From positions 1 to 64,000 of the forward strand of contig NIVC01000330.1 of assembly GCA_002269645.1 (NCBI GenBank): DNA of 64,000 nt. Reading direction: 5' to 3'. The translations under genes were made by a program, and so were the position numbers. Numbering within the stretch: the stretch's first letter is position 1; every line of letters starts with the position of its first letter. The notes under the pieces are model-generated. The model was not told where the DNA came from and did not search any database. It saw only the letters and a list, made by a program, of their open reading frames with translations. Shown piece after piece: positions 31,699-49,016 of the stretch. This stretch comes from Macrostomum lignano (taxonomy: Eukaryota).

Positions 31699-32210
31699 GA
31701 GAGGATGAAGGAAATCTAGTTTGTTCTTGTGTCTGCCTGCTTTTTTCACCTTTTCAGATGTTCTACCTGTGTTTATTCTGATGTCAGCCCAGCTGCCTGA
31801 TGTATCTGATCCTTCCCTAATGGATCTTCCCTTTGTCCTAATCACACCCAAACTCTATTGATCTCAATAGATCTCAACCAATCTCACTCGCAGAACTCTC
31901 TATATCTAATCTCATCCCTCATCTTTCCTTATATCTGTTCTCACTCCTCATCCATCTAATCTTCATTAATTTATTTCCTTTATCGGAGTGCTAGCGGATT
32001 TTTTTTCAGAAAAAAATTGTTCTGAAATCCATATTCAGAAATTTTCTTTACTTGAAATAGAGTAAATTTGTAGCGGATTATTAAATTCATACATGCAATT
32101 TCATTGTGAAATCGGAAATGGGTTTTGCGTATTTTACTGCTCTTATTTGAATTGTTAGTTTCACAAACTCAATTAACAAAAGGGAACTGATAATAGCTGC
32201 TCAATATGGT

Positions 32211-33850
32211 GTGTCCATGGACAGCACAGGTGCCAAGGTGTGACCATGGAACCCACAGGTGCCAAGGTGTGACCATGGACAGCACAGGTGCCAAGGTGTG
32301 ACCATGGAACCCACAGGTGCCAAGGTGTGACCATGGACAGCACAGGTGCCAAGGTGTGATCATGGACAGCACAGGTGCCAAGGTGTGACCATGGGCGACA
32401 CAGGTGCCAAGGTGTGTCCATGGACAGCACAGGTGCCAAGGTGTGACCATGGAACCCACAGGTGCCAAGGTGTGACCATGGACAGCACAGGTGCCAAGGT
32501 GTGACCATGGAACCCACAGGTGCCAAGGTGTGACCATGGACAGCACAGGTGCCAAGGTGTGATCATGGACAGCACAGGTGCCAAGGTGTGACCATGGGCG
32601 ACACAGGTGCCAAGGTGTGACCATGGACAGCACAGGTGCCAAGGTGTGATCATGGGCAGCACAGGTGCCAAGGTGTGACCATGGAACCCACAGGTGCCAA
32701 GGTGTGATCATGGACAGCACAGGTGCCAAGGTGTGACCATGGACAGCACAGGTGCCAAGGTGTGATCATGGGCAGCACAGGTGCCAAGGTGTGACCATGG
32801 GCAGCACAGGTGCCAAGGTGTGATCATGGACAGCACAGGTGCCAAGGTGTGACTATGGGCAGCACAGGTGCCAAGGTGTGACCATGGGCGGCACAGGTTC
32901 CAAGGTGTGACCATGGGCGGCACAGGTGCCAAGGTGTGACCATGGGCAGCACAGGTGCCAAGGTGTGATCATGGACAGCACAGGTGCCAAGGTGTGACTA
33001 TGGGCAGCACAGGTGCCAAGGTTTGACCATGGGCGGCACAGGTTCCAAGGTGTGACCATGGACAGCACAGGTGCCAAGGTGTGACCATGGGCAGCACAGG
33101 TGCCAAGGTGTGATCATGGGCAGCACAGGTGCCAAGGTGTGATCATGGGCGGCACAGGTTCCAAGGTGTGACCATGGGCGGCACAGGTGCCAAGGTGTGA
33201 CCATGGGCAGCACAGGTGCCAAGGTGTGATCATGGACAGCACAGGTGCCAAGGTGTGACTATGGGCAGCACAGGTGCCAAGGTGTGACCATGGGCGGCAC
33301 AGGTGCCAAGGTGTGACCATAGACAGCACAGGTGCCAAGGTGTGATCATGGGCAGCACAGGTGCCAAGGTGTGATCATGGACAGCACAGGTGCCAAGGTG
33401 TGATCATGGACTGCCAAGGTGTGACCATGGGCAGCACAGGTTCCAAGGTGTGACCATGGGCGGCACAGGTTTCAAGGTGTGACCATGGACAGCACAGGTG
33501 CCAAGGTGTGACCATGGGCAGCACAGGTGCCAAGGTGTTATCATGGACAGCACAGGTTCCAAGGTGTGATCATGGACGTGCCAAGGTGTGACCATGGGCA
33601 GCACAGGTGCCAAGGTGTGACCATGGGCGGCACAGGTTTCAAGGTGTGACCATGGACAGCACAGGTGCCAAGGTGTGACCATGGGCAGCACAGGTGCCAA
33701 GGTGTGATCATGGACAGCACAGGTGCCAAGGTGTGATCATGGACGTGCCAAGGTGTGACCATGGGCAGCACAGGTGCCAAGGTGTGACCATGTGCGGCAC
33801 AGGTTTCAAGGTGTGACCATGGACAGCACAGGTGCCAAGGTGTGACCACT
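32211..33850. repeat. 29-bp minisatellite (full array, about 56 units)
   Basis: Unit CCATGGRCAGCACAGGTGCCAAGGTGTGA. Confidence 0.95.
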
Positions 33851-34737
33851 ACTGCTACGCTCGTAACTCACGGTGCCAAGGTGCAGATCTCATCATTTAA
33901 CCCAGTTCACAGATTCCAAGTTCACAGATTCCAATTGTAATCAAAGATTAGCAAGAGATTATGGACGCCACTGGTATTACTGAAGTTTTTAATCTTGATA
34001 TTTATGTCATCAAGTTAGACCTTTCACAGTTACTCGTAAGCTCTGGTAGCAGATCAGAACACGCAAAATCTTGGCCCTATGAAACGAAAAACTTCTTCAA
34101 CTCTCGCGCACAGGTGAAAATGGAGCCCGGAGTTTGTTATTAAAACACGTCTTGAATTTCGCAGACGCCTGCCCTGCCAATGGTCAGCCCGACCCTCCTC
34201 CCCAGCTCAGTCGACCGTTTCCGCTTGCCTTGACCTAGAAATTCTGAGTGAATTGAAGTTTCCATACCTGCATAGCTGCATACCTGTTAATGCTGTTTTG
34301 TAAAACTGAACTTCGTCACTGAATGCGCCAAAATACGTCTTCTGTTCGTCACCAGCTGCCCGACATGCAGCAATCGCGGAAAAGGTAAGCATTAAGGGTG
34401 TGAGTAAGTTATCAGGGGGTGTAGTAATCTGAATGTACGAATATTCTTGCTTTGAGAGAATCTGCTTCGAAACTCACCTTAGCAATCTGTTTGTGTGTAA
34501 ATTTTCGGGTGCTACTCGCTTCCCAAGGAGTTTGGTAACTTCTAGTGGTCCTTGTCGCTTGCTGGAAAGCGAAGCAAACAACAAAGAGGCTTGCCTTAGC
34601 TGATCTACGGAATGTATGGAAATTCACTGGGATTGTAGCTTTAGTTTATGAAATTATATTTTTCAGCACAATATAAATAAATAAGTAAACACTCAGATCT
34701 TGTCATAACAAACAGTCGCCTAAACTTAATTAAACAG

Positions 34738-37342
34738 ATCACGGATTCAGCTGGGCATTCTGGCAGCGGTCATCGCAACCTTAATTGTACTGGTGATCGT
34801 CTTTGCCGCGCTCAGTGCTCAGTGCCGCAGCAGCTACGGCGGTAAGACATTGAGTTCCACAATAACTCCCGTTTGAACTGTTCACTCACGAAAAAACATC
34901 ATAAAGACTAGGAGTTGAAGATACTTGTAAAAATTGATTGCAGAAACACCCGAGTGGCAGAAAAACTGCGTCTCAGCTTCCGGCACCGACATCTATCAGT
35001 ATAACGCAGTCACATCAGACTGCAACGCGTGCAGCACCATCGGAGACTATGTGCTCAATGTGCTCGGCGGCAACGCCATGGACGCTGGAGTAGCCACCGT
35101 GCTGTGCATTGGCGTCTCAAACATCCACAACGCAGGCATCGGCGGAGGCTCCTTTCTGGTTTACTATAACCGGTAGGCGCATGCTGGGTCGCTATTTGTA
35201 ATTTCTCACTTTGTTGCTTCAGTTGCTCCAAAAATCGGTAGGCAAAAATACTCCTGGTGAACACAAATCAAAAACGATCTTTTCATGCTGTACAAAGACG
35301 GCACAAAGGTTCTATAGGCTTAGTAGGACAATTAAAACTTCCCTTCAAACAGCTCCACTCGTGCGGCAAGGGCGTTTGACTACCGCGAATCGGCGCCTGC
35401 CGCCGCGCATCGCGACATGTACAGTGGCCTGCCGTCGAACGCTTCCCTCTACGGCGGTCTGGCGATCGGTGTGCCCGGCGAGGTCGCCGGTCTGGCAGCG
35501 GCGCACGCGGCGCACGGCCGCCTTCCGTGGCGCTCCGTGGTCGAGCCGGTCTCGCGAGTGCTTCGCGAGGGCCAGCGCGTGTCCCGCCCGCTAGCGAAAG
35601 CGTTCGCCTCAAAATATCCGCAAGTGCCGGATGTGGCTCCGTTCAAGGAGCTGAAAGACTGGATGGTCAATCCGGCTACAGGAAAGCCGTACAAGGAGGG
35701 TGATGTGCTTGTTGACACTAAACTGGCCGACACCATGGACAAGATTGCAAACAATCCGCAATCATTCTACAATGGGAGCTTAGCCGATGACATCGTTCAG
35801 GAAGTGCTTTCGGCCGGAGGGAACATTACAAAAAATGACCTATTAGTAAGTCGCATCAATGCTTTGCAACTTTTTTCTACTGTGAGAAGATGGTGAAAAC
35901 ATTTTACCTTTAAGTACAAAAATCGAATACACGAGATCTATGTTATAAATTTTCTCAACCTTTCAACTATTTCGAAGTAAATTACAATATATCTCAGAAC
36001 TACCGACCAAGGCGCCTCACGCCACTAACAGCGACTCTGTCGTCGAAGGGCCTGACGCTCTACTCGCTGCCTCCTCCGAGTAGCGGCGCCGTTCTTTCTC
36101 TCATTCTCGGCATCATGGACGGCTACGCTGGAGACGCTGCTCAAGCGAGGTCGACGAAAGACGGCTACGTCAACTTTCTCCACCGTCTCGTCGAGTCGTT
36201 CAAGTTCGCTTACGCGAAGCGCTCCGGTCTGGGCGACGCGGCCTTCGTGAACGTGACCGAGCTGGTGGCCAACATGACGAGCAGCAGCTACGCGTCGGAG
36301 CTTCGCAGTCGCATCACCGACGACGCCACGCACGATGTCAACTACTATGGACCAATGTTCGAGTGGAAGGAGGACTCTGGCACGACTCACGTGTCTCTTG
36401 TGGACTCTGACGGCAACGCAATTTCTATCACCTCCACAATCAACACGTAGTGAGTTGATTGCTAATCCTATCCAGGAAATTTCTTTGCTGTTGACTATAA
36501 GCATTCTATAAGAATTCGATGTCTCGTTTCGGATGGAAACTCTGAACATAAAACCCACATTGCAGCTTTGGCTCTTTGATTCGAGGCGTCCGCACTGGAA
36601 TTTTTTTTAACAACGAGATGGACGACTTCTCTCAGCCCAACAAGACAAATTACTTTGGCCTACCAGCCTCGCCCACCAACTTTATTGCGGCGAACAAGCG
36701 CCCGATGTCTTCAATGGCGCCAGTGATCGTCGTTAACGCCGATGGTGACGTCCAGTTTGTCAGCGGCGCTGCTGGCGGCTCGCGCATCACCTCGGCTGTC
36801 GCTTACACGCTGGCCAGACAGCTGTACCTGAATGAGACGGTCAAGGCGGCTGTGGACTCCTACCGACTGCATCACCAGCTGGTGCCGAATGTGCTCAACT
36901 ACAATCCGGATGCTTGTGACCCACCTGAGGCAAGCCCTTGTCTTTTGAATAGCTGCTGAAATTAGTATGTACTAAAATATTGTGGTTGCTGACAGCTACT
37001 CAACTGTGGCAGTCTGGTAGTGTTCGAGGCAATCTTATTTTATTGATACGCTCGTATAAGCCGTCATAATTCAACACCCAAGTTTACAGGAAGATCATGA
37101 GCCGTTTCCGGTAGACCATTCGGTCAGAATTTAGCTACATTGTCTTCGTGCACTCCCGATAGACGTTTGCTCACTCTCCTTACTGCCCTCTCCAGATCAT
37201 CAAGGAGGAGCTTCGTCGCAAAGGCCACAAACTGAAACCATTCAGACGGATCAGCGCCGTTCAGGCGATTGAGCGACTGTCGAACGGGCAGCTTCAAGCG
37301 AATGCGGACTATCACAAGCCGTCTAGGACTGGCGGTGTCTGA
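34738..37342 (+). CDS. GGT: Gamma-glutamyltranspeptidase paralog 1 (start exon not located)
   Basis: Exons ~34738-34841 (TM anchor LGILAAVIATLIVLVIVFAAL), 34944-35172, 35353-35845, 35998-36449, 36566-36929 (GC donor) and 37196-37342. Motifs are GGNAMDAGVA, GIGGGSF, FDYRESAP, GVPGEV, SGTTHVSLVD (Thr nucleophile), TINT, NNEMDDF, KRPMSSMAP and GAAGGSRI. Confidence 0.92.
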
Positions 37343-38472
37343 TCGATGAACATGCTTGGCGAGGGTTTACTTAGTGATGTTCCTTACGATTAAAGTTCTA
37401 TTAAAAAGGCTGCTCTGATACATTATTGTATGATAAACTTACTCCAGCGTGGCTAGCTATGCGGATTACTTAATTAATATTTTATCCATACTACTCATGA
37501 GTAGATAGTAAGCTGAAACTCATTTAATGCTGTGTCAACAAGTCAACAGAAACAGTAGGCACCGAAATTAACGAATAAGAAAGAATAAATGAATGAATTT
37601 GCATTCACTATGCCCTACCTGGCCTAAAAACAGCAGTTTCAATGCTTTTTATTTAGATTGATATGTTCAAGTAGCTAAATCGTGCTGCCTAGCGGTTTGA
37701 TTGCCAAATATAACAAAGCATTATTAAAACGTAAATATGATCATAGAATCTGAAATTTTTCCTATAAAAACTGTTTGCCTGGTCATAATTCAAACTTTCT
37801 ATATTAGATTAATTGCCTTCTATGCCTGCACAATAAAGATGTAAATATCTAATCAAGCGTCCAAACAATCTAGTCAATTTATATTTAATCAGTCAATCAA
37901 TCGATCTAATCAAACGAGAACAAACGAGGATCAAACTTGTATTTGGCGTCTTTGAATACGAAACACTCAGTTAAGGAAACGACTAGGGCCATTCAAGGAC
38001 TACTAGACTACTTTCGCGCCTTTTTAATCATGTCACTATTCTCTTCAGTTCATCTGCGCTCGTCTCTGTTTACTATTTCTCTGTGTCTGGCTCATATATA
38101 TCTCTCTCTCTTTCTCCCGCTCGCTTCTGATTGGCTCTTCGATCTTAGCTAGCTCTTTCCTTAGTGGCGCACCACCCCACCTTACTGCGTAAAACCACTC
38201 TCTCAGATGAATGAAGAGCCAATAAGAAGCGAGCAAGAGAGAGAGAGAGAGAGAGAGATAAGATAAATCAGATGAACCAGACAGACAGAACTAGTAAACA
38301 AAGAGACAATCGTATCCGATAGATGAACTTAAGAGATAAGTCAGATGACTAAAAAGTCACGACAGTAGTCTAGTAGTCCTTAAGTGGGCCTCGACGACTT
38401 ATCAACTGAAAGTTTGGCATTTAAAGACGCCAAACAGTTGATATACCCTCGTCATTGGTCAACTGTATGGAA

Positions 38473-42720
<4,248 letters not shown>

Positions 42721-43969
42721 CTAAAATTAAAGTAAACAAAGGCGATGATTAATTTAGTTTAGTTTCCATTGTAAAACGCCAGAAAAAAACAATACTTCAT
42801 CGATTTATATGAGTATCGGGTATTTTACAAGTGTCTGAACTCTCAGCAACCTGTTTGAGTAAAATTTTCTCAGAGTTCAGCCCCAAGTGACGCTATGATC
42901 GTCTCATTTGTGAGTGATGCAATTTGCGTTACAAGACCCCAGCTTAGGCTTGGTGAGGAGAGAGTGGTCCAGAGTTGGATTGAAGCTGATCACTTGTTGA
43001 CCACAGGAAACTTCAACATGTTGCTGAGTGTACACTGTCAGTGAACCTGATTACCACCTAAATACACTTTGAGCTTCTCTCTGATGTAGGAGTCTGTGCA
43101 TACTAGCATAGTCAGCTAAATTGAGTAAGCAAATGTTCTTGCCAGGTCTCTTACCCCTCCTCAATGTTTCCGCTGCACATTTCTCTTGCGTGTTTGTGGA
43201 GCCTGCAGTTGCTCAAAACATTCAATTCGGCCTTGCATGCGGATGGCCATGCAGTCTGACTATTTTTATCTGCTTATTCGAGCCGCCCAGTGCCGATAAG
43301 AGAGCACTGATACTGATAGGAGGCTACAGCCCCAATCCCTGCTTTCTAGGTTTTTACCTGAGTACATAGGCGGACTAATAAGTAATGTCTTTGAAACATA
43401 ACTTAACTATCTTTGTGATTAGTGAATCGCAACTATACATGTAAACAAGTCTGTAGTCATTTTGAAAACCTGTCTAAAACCTATAGCGACAGTTCGTGCC
43501 GTAGTAAAAAATATTCTGCAAGATTCAGTTCAGTTATATTTTGAATTCCAAGATTTTTTAAGGTAACACGATAAAAAGTCTGATCCTAGATTACTACATT
43601 ATACTAACTATTATGAGTAGTGGGCACATTTTTTCTGAAAAAACATTTATTGGAAAAAGAAGTTGAATTAATTTATCTGTACGCTGGTAGTTTAAGTTTC
43701 TAAAAAGAAAGAAATTTCGAGTATAAAGGTTACGGATTGAAATTTGTTGAACTGAGATCCAACTCATATAAAGTAAACTGGAAAGATGCCTTCAGTGCTG
43801 ACATTCTTGATAATTAAAGCTATTATTGTGAAAACGAAAACTTTTCAAATTTATGTTACTTAAAATAGATCTTTCTTGGAAAGTCAGCACGCCTCTAGCC
43901 AGTGAGAATCAGAACGGCCGATATTTACGAAGTGTATAGTTGTCAACAGCAGCCAGCAGGCAGGTGCGG

Positions 43970-46900
43970 CTAAAAGCCGCCCGTCTTTGACGGCTTTCGA
44001 AAGTCCCAATTCGCCTGCAGCTTCCCGTTCGGCAGTCGCTGGACCGCCTCGATCACGCTGAGCGAACTGGAGGGCTGAACTGCGTGGCCTTTGCGACGCA
44101 GCTCCGATTTGATGATCTGAAGAGTCATTTCGACGTGGAAAAGCTGTATTTAGTTCAAGGACCACTGTAGCATAACAGGACGCAAAACGCAAAGACGTGT
44201 AATCATCTAAGGAGGCCAATCTCCTTGAAAAATGCACTTCTGAGATAGGAAAAAAAATTTCAGCTCAAGCCAAAGTTATAAATACTCGCAAATGGAACAT
44301 TTGTTTTGTTGCTTTTTGAATCAAAGAAATTTTGTAATAAAAATGGCTGCATGCATCGTGCAAAAACTTTATTACAAGTAAACTGCACTCAAGAAGCAAC
44401 AAAACAAAAATTTCACTTGTGCTCATTTAAAACTTGGCCTTATGAAGAAAGAAAATATGAAAATAAAACTTTCACTACACAACATTGTGTATTTTTTCCA
44501 GCAAATTTGCCTCCTAAAAATTACACGACCATTAAGTTTTACGTCTTGTTATACTACAGTAGTCCTTGATATAGTAGTAGGGTCAGCACTCAAGAGCACT
44601 CAAAGGTGCCACTGTTTTCTCGATGTACACCCTTTCGATGAAAGCGGAATCACATTTTGGCCCTTAAAATTGAGTGAGTTGACTAACACCCAACAATAAA
44701 ACCCGTTCCAAAAAAGTTATTTTTTAAGACAAAATCAAGAGCTGCTAAACGCTGTGCAACGCTATGTAATAACCGCATCATCTTTATATTATCAAGCTTA
44801 ATCGACTAATATCCTAACGTATATCTTGCAATTAAATTATGAAATTGAAGGCTGTGAGGCGCATATGTTGAGGTAACGAGCCAGTGTCGTCATGTCAGAT
44901 ATCAAGAGAAAAACTGTTGCAGAAAGCGTCGATATAATAATATTAGGAAACTTGCCTCTGGTACGTCGCATTTATCGGGGTTGTAGGTGACAAAATTCGG
45001 CACCAGCTGGTGATGCAGTCGGTAGGAGTCCACAGCCGCCTTGACCGTCTCATTCAGGTACAGCTGTCTAGCCAGCATATAGGCGATAGCCGTGGTGATG
45101 CGGGAGCCGCCAGCAGCGCCGCTGACAAACTGAACGGCACCGCTGGAGTCAACGAGAATAGTCGGGGCCATTGAAGACATCGGACGCTTGCCGGGCTCGA
45201 TAAAATTCGTGGGAGAGGCTGGTAGGCCAAAAAAATTAGTCTTGTTGGGCTGGGAGAAGTCGTCCATCTCGTTGTTGTAGAAAATGCCAGTGCGGGCGCC
45301 GCGGACCATTGAGCCGAAGCTGCATTGGTGGAAGAATTTTAGAAGCTGAACAGTTTTTGAATTTTGATGGCGCAGATTCTGCCCGCTTAAGAACAGCATA
45401 CTACACAGTATTATAGCTTAAAGACCTCAGAAAAACAATGGAAACTTTACGTCTAATGCTATCAATATCAACTCACTACGTGTTGATGGTGGCGGTCACA
45501 GAAATTGCGTTGCCGTCAGAGTCCACAAGAGACACGTGAGTCGTGCCAGAGTCCTCTTTCCACTCGAACATTGGTCCATAGTAGTTGACATCGTGCGTGG
45601 CATCGTCGGTGATGCGACTGCGCAGCTCCGACGCGTAGCTGCTGCTCGTCATGTTGGCCACCAGCTCGGTCACGTTCACGAATACCGCGTCGCCCAGACC
45701 GGAGCGCTTCGCGTAAGCGAACTTGAACGACTCGACGAGACGGTGGAGAAAGTTGACGTAGCCGTCTTTCGTCGACCTCGCCTTTGCTGAATCTCCAGCG
45801 TAGCCGTCCATGATGCCGAGAATGAGAGAAAGAACGGCTCCGCTACTCGGAGGAGGCAGCGAGTAGAGCGTCAGACCCTTCGACGGCAGAGTCGCCATCA
45901 GCGGGTCGAGGCGCCTCGGTTGGTAGTTCTATAATTCCCGATGTCAAGCAGGGTGATTTAGCTCGAATTAGTGCAAGTTTACAAGAGAATTGTACTGAAA
46001 AAGAAGACATTAGGTACTTTCAAATGCTGCTGTTTAAGTTATTTTTGCTTAAGAAGACCCAAAAGCCAAATAATAGTGTGAAGAATAAGTCAAGTGAATA
46101 TTCGATAATGTCATTTAGAAGTTGCAAGTCTACGAGCGTATTTGCATTGATGGAAACCAGTCCTAATTCTGAAGGAATGAGCGCGACTTAAAAATCAATT
46201 AGTCTGCTAAAAGCCTGTTTAAATAAAAATATCATATATCTTTTAAGCATACCAGAAGATCATCGTTGGTAATGTTGCCTCCGGCCGAAAGCACTTCCTG
46301 AACAATGTCATCGGCTAAGCTCCCATTGTAGAATACCTGCGGATCGTTTGCAATCTTGTCCATGGTGTCGGCCAGTTTAGTGTCAACAAGCACATCACCC
46401 TCCTTGTACGGCTTTCCTGTAGCCGGATTGACCATCCAGTCTTTCAGCTCCTTGAACGGAGCCACATCCGGCACTTGCGGATATTTTGAGGCGATGGCAT
46501 CGGCCAGCGGGCGGGACACGCGCTGGCCCTTGCGAAGCACTCGCGAGACCGGCTCGACCACGGAGCGCCACGGAAGGCGGCCGTGCGCCGCGTGAGCCGC
46601 TGCCAGACCGGCGACCTCGCCCGGCACACCGATCGCCAGACCGCCGTAGAGGGAGGCGTTCGACGGCAGGCCGGAAGCGCTGCTGTACATGTCGCGATGC
46701 GCTGCGGCAGGCGCCGTTTCTCGATAATTGTAGGCGCTTGCCGTTCGCGAGGATCTGTTGGAGTGTTTAGACTCATTTTTGAGTCATTTGTCAAGCCTGA
46801 GTAAGCCCCTTAAAGTTTAAACCTACCGATTGTAGTAAACTAAGAATGATCCTCCGCCGATGCCTGCACTTTGAAAGTTGGAGACGCCAACGCACAGCAA

Positions 46901-47269
46901 AGTAGCGACTCCTGCGTCCATAGCGTTGCCTCCGAGGATGTTGAGCACATAATCTCCAATTGTGCTGCACACTGCCGAGTCAGCTGAGATCGCATTGTAC
47001 TGATAGATGTCTTTTGTCGAGTCAGAAACGCAGTTGTTCTGCCACTCGGATGTCTCTGGAAAGGTTTTGCATATCAATGTGCTCCACCATGCATGCTCCA
47101 ACATGCTCCGAGCGACTTCATCTGATGTTTAAACTTTGTGCTACGGAGGGTCTCACCTGTCTTGTTGGTTGCTTCATCGTTAATGCAGCGCAGGTATAGT
47201 GAGACAAAAACGATGACCAGTACAGTCAGTGCAGTGATGACGGCTGCCAGAAGAGCGAACACGTACTTG
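43970..47269 (-). CDS. GGT: Gamma-glutamyltranspeptidase paralog 3 (start exon not located)
   Basis: Exons 47269-47157 (TM), 47055-46827, 46754-46253, 45928-45477, 45319-44956 (GC donor) and 44116-43970. Phases match the other paralogs and all GGT motifs are intact. Confidence 0.92.
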
Positions 47270-47916
47270 CTGTTTAAATAAAATCAAAGTGGTTTGCGTG
47301 TTTAACAGTGAGTAGAAGTGACAATAACAGTAAATTTAGCATCATTATTGGCAGTAGATCCACCATGGGGATTCCCCATACAACTTTTTAACTGCGCTGG
47401 AATTGAGCAGCAAAAGAAAGTCAGCAGCATAGCAAATACCAGTGGTCGACGTGCTGATGAAATATTTGTTGTGCAATCGTGTTCTTTTTTGCCCTCCTGC
47501 CCCGCCCCAACCCTTCCAGTCTGCCTCACCCCTCCAATCAATAATCAACGCGTACGCCGATCACGCCACCTCGCACCACCTCCCCCTACCGTACCGTACA
47601 TTTGTTCTAAAAGTATTCATGTACTCGTAGGTCAGATAATAAATATAATGAATTTGCTGTCTACTAGGCAGCCGCGCCCTTGCGTTCTGTTGGTCCTATC
47701 GTTGGCTACTTCAAAACAAACTTACTTGTCTACCATAGCACATAGCAAGTGCGAACTGTATCGGCTTTTGCGCGGAAGCTCGTGAGTTCTGCTCTGTTGT
47801 TTTCCTGCTTCTCCCTGGGACACTGGACGGGAGCTCTGACTGGGGACCTCGGGGTCGTAGCTTCCCAACAGGGTTCAGCTGTAGGCGTCGCTCTGGATGA
47901 TTGGGCTCACATCATA

Positions 47917-49016
47917 TACTCAGCAACAGTCAAAAGTTCAACCCCACTAAGTGAGATGATTTTTTCACTTATTGCGAGTGACGCAACTTACGGCACGAAC
48001 AAATCTTATTGCCACTTGGGGGTGGCTTGGGTCTGCTTAATGGTCCAGGAGGACAACGCGCCGCCACACCGAGCCGATGCTGTCAGTCAACTGAAAGAAC
48101 AGCTACAGCTGCGCACTCTGCGCTGGCCTTCCCGGTCCCCAGACATGAATCCCATCGAGCATGTCTGGAACTTCCTAAAACGCAGCATTCGAAAAGAGAA
48201 TCCACCACAGAATGTTGCGGAGCTGCGTCATGCCATTGAAAACGCTTGGCAGCAGCTTCTCCAGGACTTTCTGCGCCGCCTCATCCTGGGGATGCCCCGC
48301 AGGATCGCGCACTTCTGCGTGCGAGGGGATCCCTCACGCGTTATTAAGCATCGCGATTCTAACTGAATATTGCATTAAAAATTTTTATGATTTTGTTTGA
48401 CTGACATTTATACTCAGCAACAGCTAAACTCCCCCCCCCAACTCACGCTGTCACACGGGCACAAAAGTTAAGCAATGTCTTTAATTCTAGTCTCAGTATC
48501 GTGTGTAGGAACCACGAGCATGCAAAAGTGCCGTGACTCGTCGTGGCATCCTGATCACCAGCCGGTTGATGAACTCTTGGGGCAGCTGCTGCCAGGCATT
48601 CAGCACCGCCAGTCGCAACTGTTCAGCATTCTGTGGGGCATCCTGCTGAACTCTTCGCTTTACAAAGTCCCAGACATGCTCGATGGGGTTCATGTCTGGA
48701 GACTTTGAGTTGCGCCATCCCCTCCCCAAATCCCCCATGCCGCACTTTGCGCTCGCGTCTGGCGGCGGCAGCCTTCACACATTTCTGAGTCACCGATGGC
48801 ATACAAAACTTTTGGGCCGTGTGACAGCGTGAGTTGGGGGGGGGGGGTTTAGCTGTTGCTGAGTATATTACAAGTTATTGATACAGTCAACTTTCCGTTC
48901 CTCACGGCTGCTTAGCTGCCTAACTTGAGGGTTGAATTGTGAGTGAGAATTTGTCGCAATAAGTGAGAAAGTTTTCATCTCGCTTGGTGGGTGGAACTTT
49001 TGACTGTTGCTGAGTA
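47917..49016 (+). mobile_element. Non-autonomous Tc1-family (DD34E) element, outer
   Basis: Terminal inverted repeats TACTCAGCAACAGTCAAAAGTT.. / ..AACTTTTGACTGTTGCTGAGTA, flanked by TA. The internal fragment DNAPPH-...-WPSRSPDMNPIEHVW at ~48045-48340 has 34 residues between D and E. Confidence 0.85.
48411..48865 (-). mobile_element. Non-autonomous Tc1-family element nested inside the outer element
   Basis: TIRs TACTCAGCAACAGCTAAAC..CAACTCACGCTGTCACACGG and its reverse complement, flanked by TA (48409-10, 48866-67). The minus-strand fragment SPDMNPIEHVWDFVKRRV...MPRRVTALLHARGSYTRY* lies at 48493-48705. Confidence 0.85.

Noticed and set aside
34207-34627. Possible small minus-strand spliced gene upstream of GGT1 (exon-like 34561-34478 with AG/GT)
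   Set aside because: No recognisable protein, no start codon, and the next putative exon closes quickly. Cannot be supported without RNA data.
34738-34745. Idea that a spliced-leader AUG supplies the missing start codon of the GGT genes
   Set aside because: All four TM exons begin one base before the first full codon, so a terminal SL AUG would be out of frame. A short unlocated upstream exon is more likely.
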